Below, piece by piece: positions 1-13,223 of a stretch of DNA of 64,000 nucleotides. The stretch is taken from NCBI RefSeq assembly GCF_009914755.1, contig NC_060937.1. One strand, written 5' to 3'. This DNA is from the human T2T-CHM13v2.0 reference genome, Homo sapiens. The notes below the pieces were generated by a model. It was not told the origin of the DNA. It made no database searches and was given only the letters and a program-made list of their open reading frames with translations. The translations under genes were made by a program, and so were the position numbers. The stretch's first letter is position 1. Every line of letters begins with the position of its first letter.

Positions 1-424
1 AGGTAAAACCTTTAGAGGTGTGACCTGCCTAATGGGAGGCATTTGGGTCATGGGGCTCCACTTTCATCAATGGCTTGATGTCACTCTTACAGTACTGAAT
101 GAGTTTTTTGCTCTTGCTCTCACTCTTAAGGGACTCATTAGTGACTGCACTAATCCATGGGAGTGGATTAGTTCCTGCAAGAGCAGGTAGTTATAAAGAA
201 AGGATGCCCCTCATGGTTTTCCCCTTCATATGTGTCCACTTTCCTTTTGACCTTCTACAATGTTATGACACAGCACAAAAGCCCTCACTAGAAGCTGGAC
301 TGATGCTGGCACCATGCTCTTGGACTTTCCAGCCACAAAAATTGTGAGCCAAACAAACCTATTTTCTTTAAATATTACCCAGCCTTAGGTATTATGGTAT
401 AGCAACACAAAGTGAATGAAGACA
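1..424 (+). mobile_element. MaLR LTR (MSTC/MSTD/MLT1A-like), cut by window start
   Basis: Typical MaLR 3' half: 'ccatgctcttggactttccagcc...gtgagccaaacaaacctattttcttt...ttacccagccttaggtatt...atagcaacacaaa...gaagaca'. Confidence 0.8.
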
Positions 425-1042
425 TATACTTTCAAATGCTACCCATGGGTGTGAGAGGCAAGGTGTGTTTAAAATTATACCTATTAATGTGAAATACTCT
501 TCAAGTACTTTATATTCCCCAAATGGCTTAATGAGTTGCATTCAATATATCAACACAGGTCCACCCCTGTCAGGAGACAGAAACAACCGATAGGTTTTTA
601 TATGAAGAATTATTAACTAAGAATACTGTTGCTGTTAACTAGGCTATTGAAGAAGCAATCAGAGAACACTAGGTTAGCAGAGAGGAAGTAACTGCAACTG
701 AGCTAAGACTCAGGAAACAAAGAAAGGAGATTGGAACATTAAAAATTGAAAAATTTAGAGAAGGGGTACTGTAGAGCTGAAACTCAAATCTCTGAGAAGC
801 GTGTGTTCCCTGATGATGTTAGAGTTTTTGAGATAACAGAAGGAACTCATGGGTCTGGGATTTTAGGAGGGAGAGGCAGTTGGTGATGGCTCCAGATAGA
901 AGCATTCTTCTATGGAGAACTAAGATGTGCATTCAGTGAAAGTCAAAGTTGAGACTCACCCACTTCCACCTCCTGATTTTCAGAACAGTGTACTGCATTC
1001 TGGCTTATTGCCCCTTCTTCGCCCCTGCTTCCAGCAGGAAGC

Positions 1043-1325
1043 AGCTAGCCGCTCTGAGTGCAGGGTCCCCCGAGCCCACGCCCACCCAGAACTCACGCTG
1101 GCCCACAAGCACCGCACACAGCCCTGGTTCCCGCCCGCGCCTCTCCCTCCACACCTCCCGCAAGCTGAGGGAGCCGGCTCTGGCCTTAGCCAGCACAGAA
1201 AGGGGCTCCCACAGTGCAGTGGCGGGCTGAAGGGCTCCTCAAGTGCCACCAAAGTGGGAGCCCAGGCAGAGGAGGTGCCGAGAGCGAGTGAGGGCTGTGA
1301 GGGCTGCCAGCACGCTGTCACCTCA
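1043..1325 (-). mobile_element. LTR12 (LTR12C-like, HERV9) 5' U3 fragment
   Basis: The reverse complement reads TGAGGTGACAGCGTGCTGGCAGCCCTCACAGCCCTC...GGGCTCCCACTTTGG...CACTTGAGGAGCCCTTCAGCCC, the GC-rich LTR12 5' terminus. Confidence 0.92.
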
Positions 1326-1503
1326 ATTCTCTTAGAATGTTGTTATTTTTGTTACTGGCACTGTAAGTGATTCTTGATTAGTTCATTTCACCTTTCTATT
1401 AGGACAACTGCTTCTAGAAGGGGCCCTGCAGTTGTAGTGTCCTCCAGATGGGAGCTCTCCAGACCAGGGGAAGTGCCAGAGGGTGGGTAGAAGTTGTTAG
1501 TTG

Positions 1504-1559
1504 AGACAATTCTTCTTTTTCCAACGTGGCCCAGGGAAACTAAAGGATTGGACACCCCT
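1504..1559. mobile_element. MER30 (hAT DNA transposon) terminal fragment
   Basis: 'agacaattcttctttttccaacgtggcccagggaaactaaaggattggacacccct' resembles the MER30 terminal inverted repeat. Only one end is present. Confidence 0.7.
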
Positions 1560-1683
1560 ACTATAGAATCATTATCCCTTTTTGGAGTAGCCCAGTGTCA
1601 GATCTATATTGATTCTTGAGAAGTTGCTACTAATTTACATGAATGAGGATGTCATAAAAAGAACAGGACATAAAGATTAGTTA

Positions 1684-2016
1684 GAGAACCTTTGTGTCCA
1701 CACTCTATATCTAGCTAATCTACTGGGGACGTGGAGAACCTTTGCGTCTAGCTCAGGGATTGTAAATGCACCAATCAGCGCCCTGTCAAAACAGACCACT
1801 CGGCTCTACCAATCAGCAGGATGTGGGTGGGGCCAGATAAGAGAGTAAAAGCAGGCTGCCCGAGCCAGCAGTGGCAACCCGCTCGGGTCCCCTTCCACAC
1901 TGTGGAAGCTTTGTTCCTTCTCTCTTTGCAATAAATGTTGCTGCTGCTCCCTCTTTGGGTCCACACTGCCTTTATGAACTGTAATACTCACCGCGAAGTT
2001 CTGCAGCTTCACTCCT
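1684..2016 (+). mobile_element. LTR12 (LTR12C-like) promoter/R fragment, 3'-truncated
   Basis: 'ctagctcagggattgtaaatgcaccaatcagc...aggatgtgggtggggccagataag...gcaggctgcccgagccagcagtggcaacccgctcgggtccccttccacactgtggaagctttg'. CCAAT boxes at 1771 and 1809, AATAAA at 1930. Confidence 0.92.
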
Positions 2017-3330
<1,314 letters not shown>

Positions 3331-3924
3331 AGAGATTGATAATTTTAAAAATTACCAAGCCGTGGCTCCTTTTTGTTTAAGTTTTTCACTCAGTTAATTA
3401 TTACCCTCTTGTATTTTACTGTAGGATACAAAACAACAACAAAAAACAGGTGACACCTTAAAAACTTCCCTTGGAATTTCCTGCAATATATTAATAAGTT
3501 CATCACTTTTGCCAATTATTATGCCATCTTGTATGTTAAATGCTCATGTATACATCTCTTATTGACACTGATACTTGAAAAATAATCTCCATAATATTAT
3601 CATAGACTAAAAAATGTCTAAACTGCTTTACTCCATTCTAAAAATAGTATTAAGTATGTTCCTTAGTCATTGAGGAAACACAAATTATAAGATTTCTACC
3701 ACTAGACTTATCTCAGATCTTAACTTGAAAAAATTATCTGTAAAGAAGGATTTGTGTTAGTCTGAATCAACTTTTATTCTGTTGTCTACACCAAAATACA
3801 ATTGTTTTATTTAAAAGAGATGATAAATAAATGGGATTTTTTACTTATGAAAAGCCTTTAAGCAAATCAGTATTTTCTTTTAAATTTTCCAAATGTCTGC
3901 TGCTTATTCTGTGATGTGATATGA

Positions 3925-3926
<2 letters not shown>

Positions 3927-3956
<30 letters not shown>
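3927..3956. repeat. (TG)n microsatellite
   Basis: About 15 uninterrupted TG units. Confidence 0.97.
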
Positions 3957-3958
<2 letters not shown>

Positions 3959-4471
3959 GTGAATACAGACAGGAGCAAAGATGAGTGAGTGTATGGCTCA
4001 GACGTGACCCAGATTACTGAAGGCTGCCACAGTATTGCCTTTTGGTAATTCAGAGTTTGTTTTACAAATATCCTTTAAGAATTTTTATAGGATTTGGGCT
4101 AGTAAAAGTCACTGCATTTCCTTCATGGTAAGTAAGAACCGATATCTGAGGAGACATAGCCTTATACCCTTACCTGTCTTCAGACCTGTTATCAATTCTG
4201 CCACCTCAGTGGCATGCAATATCTCTACCTGTCTTCTGAATCTTGCACAACAATACTTGAAGTTCATAAAGTTTGTGACAACTTACTACTAGGGTTTACC
4301 CCGGAGTACTTCTCACTCTCATCCTAAAAGCATGTGGAGAATGTGCTTGGATTACAGGCATTTATGTTGTCAACCTAATTATTACAGACAAGATTGCATA
4401 CCAAAGTGAATAATCCAATATTTCAAATTTCTAAGTGAAACAAATTATAATTAAGAGAATTCCCACATGAC

Positions 4472-4864
4472 TCTATCAGGCCATTCTTGCATTGCCATAA
4501 AGAAATACTTGAGACTGGGTAATTTATTAAAAACAAAATAGAGGTTTAATTGTCTCACAGTTCTGCAGGCTGTACAGGAAGCATGATGGCATCTGCTTCA
4601 GGGGAGCTTTTACTCATGGCAGAAGGTGAAGTGGGAATGGAAACTTCATATGACAACAGTAGGAGCAACAAGGAGAGAATAGAGGGAGGTGCCACACACT
4701 TTAAAATGACCAGATCTCATGAGAAGTCACAATCATGAAGACAGCATCAAGCCATGAGGGATCATCTCCCATGACCCAAACACCTCCTACCATGCCTTAC
4801 CTCCAGCACTGGAGGTTATCATTCAACATGACATTTGGGTAGTTAAAATATCCAAACTATATCA
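4472..4864 (-). mobile_element. MST solo LTR (MSTA/MSTB-like)
   Basis: 'ccattcttgcattgccataaagaaatacttgagactgggtaattt...ccaaactatatca'. Exact 5-bp TSD ATGAC at 4467-4471 and 4865-4869. Confidence 0.9.
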
Positions 4865-5000
4865 ATGACTTAGTGATCAATGAATATTCTCAAGTTTACC
4901 AACCACTCAAAATAAATATATCACTGTGCCCTCATATTTGCAATGCCACACACCAACACAACCACTATTCCTACAGATAAAACTGCAGGAAACCATTCTT

Positions 5001-5109
5001 GCTGGACATGGTTACTAATGCTTGTAATTCTGGTACTTTGAGAGACCAAGGCTGGAGGACTGTCTGAGACCAGGAGTTTGAGACCAGCCTGGTCAACAAA
5101 ATGAGACCA

Positions 5110-5152
<43 letters not shown>

Positions 5153-5332
5153 TAAAATAAAAATTAGCTGAGTGAGGTGGCACTTGCCTGTAGTCCTACT
5201 TACTCAGGAGGCAAAGGCAAGAGGATCACTTGAGCCCATGAGTTTGAGGTTATAGTGAGGCATGATCACACATATACATGCCACCCTGGTGCCAGGGTGA
5301 GAACCTGTCTCTTAAAAAGAAAAAAAAAAAAA
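5001..5332 (+). mobile_element. Alu (old, AluJ-like) with (CA)n in the middle linker
   Basis: Diverged dimer, 'aggatcacttgagccc' right arm, A-tail, (CA)n at about 5113-5151. Confidence 0.9.
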
Positions 5333-5411
5333 CCCAGAAACATTCTGACTTTTATTATCACAACTGAATGAAATCAAAACTTTGTAGTTTCCCAAAATGT
5401 GCAAAATTCTT

Positions 5412-5786
5412 TTGCTAGGGTCTAAATGCATCCCTTAAAATTCATATGTTAAAACTTAATTGTCAATGTAATAGTACTAAAAAGCAAAACCTTTAGAAGG
5501 TGATTAAATAATGGAGTGCTCATGAAGGGAACTAGTAGTGTTTTGAAACCTAATAAAGAAATTAGAGGGAACTGGCGAGGCATTTTTTTCCCTTAGACCT
5601 TAAGCCATGTGAGGACACAGTTCAAGTCTCCATATTGGAAGCAGAGTCTGAATCTTCACAAGATGAATCTTGCGAGTGCCTTGATCTTGGACTTCCAGTA
5701 TCCAGAACTTTGAGAAATAAATTATATTATTTATAAATTACCTAGTCTGTGGTATTTTGTTTTAGCAGCACCAGAGGACTGAGACA
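5412..5786 (+). mobile_element. MaLR solo LTR (MLT1A/MSTD-like)
   Basis: 'tgctagggtctaaatg...gccttgatcttggacttccag...agaaataaatt...gtggtattttg...gactgagaca'. Confidence 0.8.
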
Positions 5787-5794
5787 CACTTTTT

Positions 5795-6516
5795 TCTTCT
5801 CAGATTTATTTTAGATAAAGGAGAACATGCACAGGATTGTTACCTGGGTATATTGCATGATGGCATGATGCTGAGGTTTGGATTGTCAATGATTTTGTCA
5901 CCCAGATACTTAGCATATTGCCCAACAATTAGTTTTCTAATCCTTGTCCCTCCTCCCATCTAATAGTTCCATGTATCTATTGTTGCAATTTTTATGTCCA
6001 TGACTACCCAATGTTTAGCTCCCAGTTATAACTGAGAACATGCAGTATTTGATTTTCTGTCCTTGCATTAATTTGCTTAGAATAATGGCCTCCAGCTGCA
6101 TTCATTTTGCTACAAAGAACATGATTTTATTCTTTTCATGGCTACATAATATTCCACGGTACATATGTAGTACATTTTTTTAATCCAATTCACCACTGAT
6201 GGCCACCTAGGTTGATTCCATGTCTTTGCTATTGTGAATAGTACTGTGATGACATGTGAATGTGTGTCTTTTTGGGAGAAAAATTTGTTTTTTAGGAGGT
6301 ATATAATGATTAATGGGATTGCTGAGTCAAAAGATAGTTATGTTTAAAGTTTTTAAAGAAATCTCCAGATTGCTTTTCACAGTGGCTGGACTAATTTACA
6401 TTCCCAACAACAGCGAATGAGCAGTCCCTTTTCTCCACAGCCTCAATATCATGGGTTGTTTTTTGACTTTTAAATAATAGCCATTATGATGGTGTGAGAT
6501 CATATGTCTTTGTGGT
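5795..6516 (-). mobile_element. LINE-1 3' end (old L1PA15/16-like)
   Basis: T-rich end, then L1 3'UTR ('gtatattgcatgatg...ctgaggtttgg...gtcacccag') and ORF2 C-terminus in antisense. Confidence 0.85.
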
Positions 6517-9393
6517 TTATTTTTTATTTTTGTGGGTGCATAATAGGTGTATATATTTATGGATTATATGAGATATTTTAATACAGACATGCGATTTATA
6601 ATGAACATATCAGAGTAAATAGCGTATTCATAGCCTCCAGCATTTATTTTTTGTATTACAAGCAATCCAATTATACTATTTTAGTTACCTTTAAATGTAC
6701 AATTAAATTATTATTAAATTATTATTGACAATAGTCATCCTCTTTTGTTATCAAACACTAGATCATGTTTATTCTATTTTTTGTACTAATTAACCAGCCC
6801 CGCTTCCCCTCACCCCACCCCCCATGCCCACTAGGTTTCCTAGCTTCTGATAACCACTTCTCTACTCTCTATCTCCATAAATTCAATTGTTTTAATTTTT
6901 TGCTCCCACAAAACAATGAAACATGCAAACTTTGTATTTCTGTGCCTGGCTTATTTATTTTACTTAACATAATGACCTCCAGCTCCATCCATGTTGTTGC
7001 AAATGACAGGATCTCACTTTTTATAGCTAAATAGTACTCCATTGTGTATATGTACCACATTTTCGTCATTCATTCATCTGTTGATGGACACTTAGGTTGC
7101 TTCCAAATCTTAGATATTGTGAAGAGTGTTGCAATAAATATCAGAGTGCAGATATCTCTTTGATATCCTGATTTCTTTCTTTTGGTTATGTACCTAAAAG
7201 TGGTATTATTTCATTGTATGGCAGCTCTAATTTTTGTTTTTTGTGGAAACTTCAAACTGTCCTCCATAGGGGTTGTGATATTTTACATTCTCTTTGATGG
7301 TGTATGAGGTTTCCCTTTTCTCCACATTCTTGCCAGCATTTGTTATTGTCTGACTTTTGGATAAAAGTCATTTTAACAAGGGTGAGATAATATCTAATTG
7401 CAGTTTTGATTTGCATTTCTCTTATAATCAATGATGTTGATCACCTTAATGTATACCTGTTCGCCATTTGTATGTCTACTTTTGAGAAACATCAACTCAG
7501 ATCTTTTACCCATTTTTTAATCAGATTATTAGATTTTTTTCCTATAGAGTTGTCTGAGCTTCTTATATATTCTGGTTAAGAATCCCTTGTCAGATAGGCA
7601 GTTTACAAATATTTTCTCCCACTCTGTGGGTTGTCTCTTCACTTTGTTAATGGCTTTCTTTGCTGTGCAGAAGCTTTTTAACATGATGTAATGCCATTTG
7701 TCCATTTTTTACTTTGTTTGTGATTGCGGGGTATTACTTAAGAAATTTTTGCCCACTCCAATGCCCTCATGAATTTCTCCAAAGTTTTCTTTTAGTTGTT
7801 TCATAGTTTGAGATCTTAGATTTAAGTCTTTAACCCATTTTGATTTGATCTTTGTATCAAAGATCAAATGGTGAGAGATAGGAATCTAATTCCAATCTTC
7901 TGCATGTGGATCTCTAGTTTTCCCAGCACATTATTGAAGAGAATGTACTTTTTCCAATATACATAATTTTTGTCAAAAAAGTACAAAGATGCTTTTGACA
8001 AAGCATCCTTGTCAAAAATGAGTTCACAGTAGACATAAGGATTCATCTCTGGGTTCTCTGTTCTCTTCTTCTAATCCATGTGTGTTTCATGCCACAAACA
8101 TGATGTTTTAATTACCATAGCTCTGTACTATAATTTGAAGTCGGATAATGTGATTCCTCCAGTTTTGTTTTATTTCCCTTAGGATATCTTTGGCTATTTG
8201 TGGTTCCATATACATTTTATAATTGTTTTATCTATTTCTGAGAATAATGTCATTGGTATTTTTATTGAGATTGCATTAAATCTATGGGTTGCTTTGGATA
8301 GTATGGACATTTTATTAAAAATATTAAGTCTTACAGTCCATTAACGTGGAATATCTTTCCATTTCTTTGTGACTTCTTCAATTTATCACATCAATATTTT
8401 ATAGTTTTCATTGCGGAGATCTTTTACTCCTTTGCTTAAATAAATTCCTGGGTATTTTATTTTGTAGCTATCATATGGTATTATTTTCTTGATTTCTTTT
8501 TCTGATTGTTTGCTTTCAGCATATAGAAATGCTACTGATTTTTGTATGTTGATTTTGTATTCTGCAGCTGTACTGAATTTATTTATTAGTTCTAATAGTT
8601 CTCTTGTGGATTCTTTAGGTTTTTCCAGATATAAGATTATATCATCTGCAAACAAGGATAATTAGACTTCTTCTCCAATTCGGTTTATATCTTTATATAA
8701 TGCCCTTTATATCTTTCTATTGTCTGATTGCTCTAAGTAGGACTTCCAGGACTGTGTTGAAGAACAGTGGTGACAGTGAACATCCTTGTCATGTTCCAGA
8801 TCTTACTGGAAAGGCTTTCAGGTTTTCCCCATTCAGTATAATAGTAGCTGTGGGGCTTATGTACGGCTTTTATTATGTTGAGAAGAAAATTTAAAAATTT
8901 CTTGAAACAAATGATAATAAAAACACAAATACCAAAACTTATGGAATTCAGTAAAAAGTAATACTAAGATGGAAGATTGTAGTTATAACTTCCTTCATCA
9001 AAAAAAAGAAAAACATCAAATACACAACTTAAAGGTGCATCTTAAAGAGCTAGAAAAGCAAGAGCAAACCAAATTCAAAATGAGTAGAACAAAATAAATA
9101 CTAAAGATCAGAGTAGAAATAAATTTGAAATAAAGAATATAATACAAATAATCACTGGTCATTCAAGATCATATTTTTTAATTTCCATGTGTTTGTATAG
9201 TTTCCAAAATTCCTTTCATTATTGATTTTCAGTTTTATTCTATTGTGGTCAAAGAAGGTGCTTGATATTATTTCATTTTTTAAAATGTTTTAAGACTTAC
9301 TTTGTGACCTAAAGTATGGTCTATTCTTGTGAATGATCTATGTGCTAAGGAAACAATGTCTATACTGCCGCCATTGGATGGAATGTTATGTAA

Positions 9394-9914
<521 letters not shown>

Positions 9915-10173
9915 GTTATTATTTTCTTGATAAATTGATTCCTTTATCATTATAGTGACCTTCTTGTTTCCTGGACTTTTTGTTTTGAAATCTATTTTGT
10001 CTGATATAAGTATAGCTACTCCTGCTTTATCTTGTTTCTGTCGGCATGGAATAGCTTTTTCCATCTGTTTATACAGTCCATGTGTGCATGCATAGGTAAA
10101 ATGTAGGCAACAGATCACTGGGTATCTTTTTTAAAAAATCCATTTAAACACTCTATGTTGTTTGATAGGAGAG

Positions 10174-11748
10174 TGATATGGTTAGGTTCTGTGTTCCCAA
10201 CCAAATCTCTTCCTGAATTTGTAATCCCCAGGTGTTGAGGGAGAGACCTGGTGGGAGGTGATTCGATCATGGAGATAGTTTTCCCCATGCTGTTCTTGTG
10301 ATAATGTGTGAGTTCTCACAGGATTTGATGGTTTTTTAAGTGTTTGACATTTTCTCCTATACACACTCTCTCTGTCTCTCCCATCCACAGTGAAGAAGGT
10401 GCCAGCTTCCCCTTCTGCCATGATTGTAAGCTTCCTGAGGCTTCCCCAGTCAGGTGGAACTGTGAGTCAATGAAACCTCCTTTGTTTATAAATTACCCAG
10501 TTGCAGGTAGTATTTTTATTGCAGTGTGAAAATGAACTAATACAGTAAATTGTTATCTCAGAAAGTGGGGTACTGCTATGAAGAGTGGGTATCCAAAAAT
10601 GTGAAAGCGACTTTGGAACTGGGTATCAGGCAGAAGTTGGAACAGTTTGGAGGGCTCAGAGGAAGACAGAAAGATGTGGGAAAGTTTGGAAATTCTTAGA
10701 GACTTGTTGAATGGTTTTGACCAAAATGCTATTATGGTCAATGAAGTCCAGGCTGAGGTTGTCTCAGATGAAGATTAGGAAGCCCCCACACAGAGTTCCC
10801 ACTAGGGCATTGCCTACTGGGGCTGTGAGAAGAGGGCCACTGTCTTCCAGATCCCAGAATGGTAGATGCACTGAGAGTTTGCACCATGCACCTGGAAAAG
10901 CCACAGACGCTCAATGCCAGCCATGAAAGCAGCCGTGAAAGCAGCTGTGGAGTCTGTACCCGGCAAAGGCATAGGGGCAGAGCTGTCCAGGGCCATGGGA
11001 GCCCACCTCTTGCATCGGCATGAACTGGATGTGAGTCATGGGGTCAAAAGAGATTATTTTGGAGCTTTAAGATTTAATGACTGCCCCACTGGGTTTTGAA
11101 CTCATATGGGGCCTGTAGCCTTTGTTTTGGCCAATTTCTCTTATTTGGAATGGGAGCCTTTACCCAATGCCTGTACCCCCATTGTATCTAGGATGTAACT
11201 AACTTGCTTTTTTACAGGCTAATAGGCAGAAGAGACTTGCCTTGTCTCAGATGAGACTTCAGACTATGTACTTTTGAGTAAATGCTGAAATGAGTTAAGA
11301 CTTTGGGGGACTGTTGGGAAAGCATGATTAGTTTTAAAATGTGAAAAGGCATGAGATTTGGGAAGGGCTGGGGCAGAATTATATGGTTAAGCTTTGTGTC
11401 CCCACCCAAATCTCATCTTGACTTGTAATCCCCAGGTGTTGAGGGATAAACCTGGTGGGAGGTGATTGGATCACTGGGGCGGTTTCCCTCATGCTGTTCT
11501 CATGATAATGCATGAGTTCTCATGAGATCTGATGGTTTTATAAGTTTGACATTTGCTCCTACAGACACTCTCTCTGTCTCTCCTGCCACCTTATGAAGAA
11601 GGTGCCTGCTTCCCCTTCTGCCATGATCGTAAGTTCTCTGAGACCTCCCCAGCCAGCGGAAACAGTGAGTCAATTAAACCTCCTTTGTTTATTAAATTAC
11701 TCAGTCTTGGGTAGTGTCTTTACAGCAGTGTGAAAACGGACTAATACA
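10174..11748 (+). mobile_element. THE1 (THE1D-like) MaLR element: LTR 10174-10544, internal 10545-11378, LTR 11379-11748
   Basis: Two direct LTRs (t[g/t]atatggtta...ctaataca), polypurine tract 'ggaagggctggggcagaa' before the 3' LTR, TSD gagag/gagaa. Confidence 0.93.
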
Positions 11749-12051
11749 GAGAATTTAGTCCATTTACATTCAATGTAATCAATAATAAGTAAGGAATTAC
11801 TTCTGCCATTTTGCTGTTTGTTTTCTGTTTGTTTTGTGGTCTTTTCTTCCTTTTTTCTTTCCTTCCTGTCTTCCATTTAGTGAAGGTGATTTTTCTCTGG
11901 TTTTAGAATTTGATGTCTTGCTTTTTATTTTTTGTATCCTTTGCATGTTTTCACATTTGATGTTAACATGAGGCTTGTAAATACCTTCTTATAACCCATT
12001 ATGTATGCTGATAACAACTTAACACTCTTTGCATAAACAAACAACAAATAG

Positions 12052-12413
<362 letters not shown>

Positions 12414-13173
12414 CACTTTTCCTTATATCTTATGGTACTATTTTTGCCTTGAAAAGTTATTATGGTTATTATTTTTGATTGGTTCAATGTTTATTCTTTC
12501 TACTTAACAGTAGTTTACATACTGGAGTTACGTATTATATTATTCTGTATTTATCTGTGTACTTACTATTACCAGTGAGATTTGTATCTTCAGATAATTT
12601 CTTATTGTTCATTAATGTTCTTTTCTTTCTAATTGAAGTACTCCCTTTAGCATTCCTTATACGATGGACCTGATATTGAAGAATTTCCTTAGCTTTTGTT
12701 TGTCTGGGGAAGTTATTTCTTCTTCATGTTTGAAGGCAAGTTTCACCACATGTACTATTCTAGGATAAAAGTGGATTTCCTTCAGAATTTTAAACATATC
12801 ATGGCATTCTCTCTTGGCCTGTAAGGACTTTCAGACATTTCTACTGAAAAGTCTTCTTAAGTTATATTGGAGCTTTATTATATGTTATTTGTTTCTTTTA
12901 TCTCGCTGGTGTTAGGACCCTTTCTTTATTCTTGATCTTTGGGGATTTGATTATTAAATGCCTTCAGGTAGATTTTATTATTAAATGCCAACTGCTTGGT
13001 GGTCAATAACCCTTTTGTATTTCAATATTGATATCTTTCTCCAGGTTTGGAAATTTCTCTGTTATTGTCTCTTTGAATAAACTTTCTAGCCTTCTCTTTC
13101 TACTTCCTCTTTAAGGCCAATAACTCAGATTTGCCTTTTTGAGGCTATTTTCTACATCTTGTAGGTGGGCTTC

Positions 13174-13176
<3 letters not shown>

Positions 13177-13220
<44 letters not shown>
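13177..13220. repeat. (TG)n microsatellite inside the L1 ORF1 remnant
   Basis: About 22 TG units. Confidence 0.97.

Positions 13221-13223
<3 letters not shown>

Noticed and set aside
927-1370. Overlapping 147-, 113- and 93-aa ORFs
   Set aside because: They lie over the GC-rich, stop-poor LTR12 U3 fragment and are open on both strands, as expected by chance.
12950-12989. Short micro-duplications (attattaaatgcc here; others near 2090, 6705, 8685, 14430 and 42900)
   Set aside because: Slippage duplications of 9-13 bp are common in old neutral DNA and are not informative individually.
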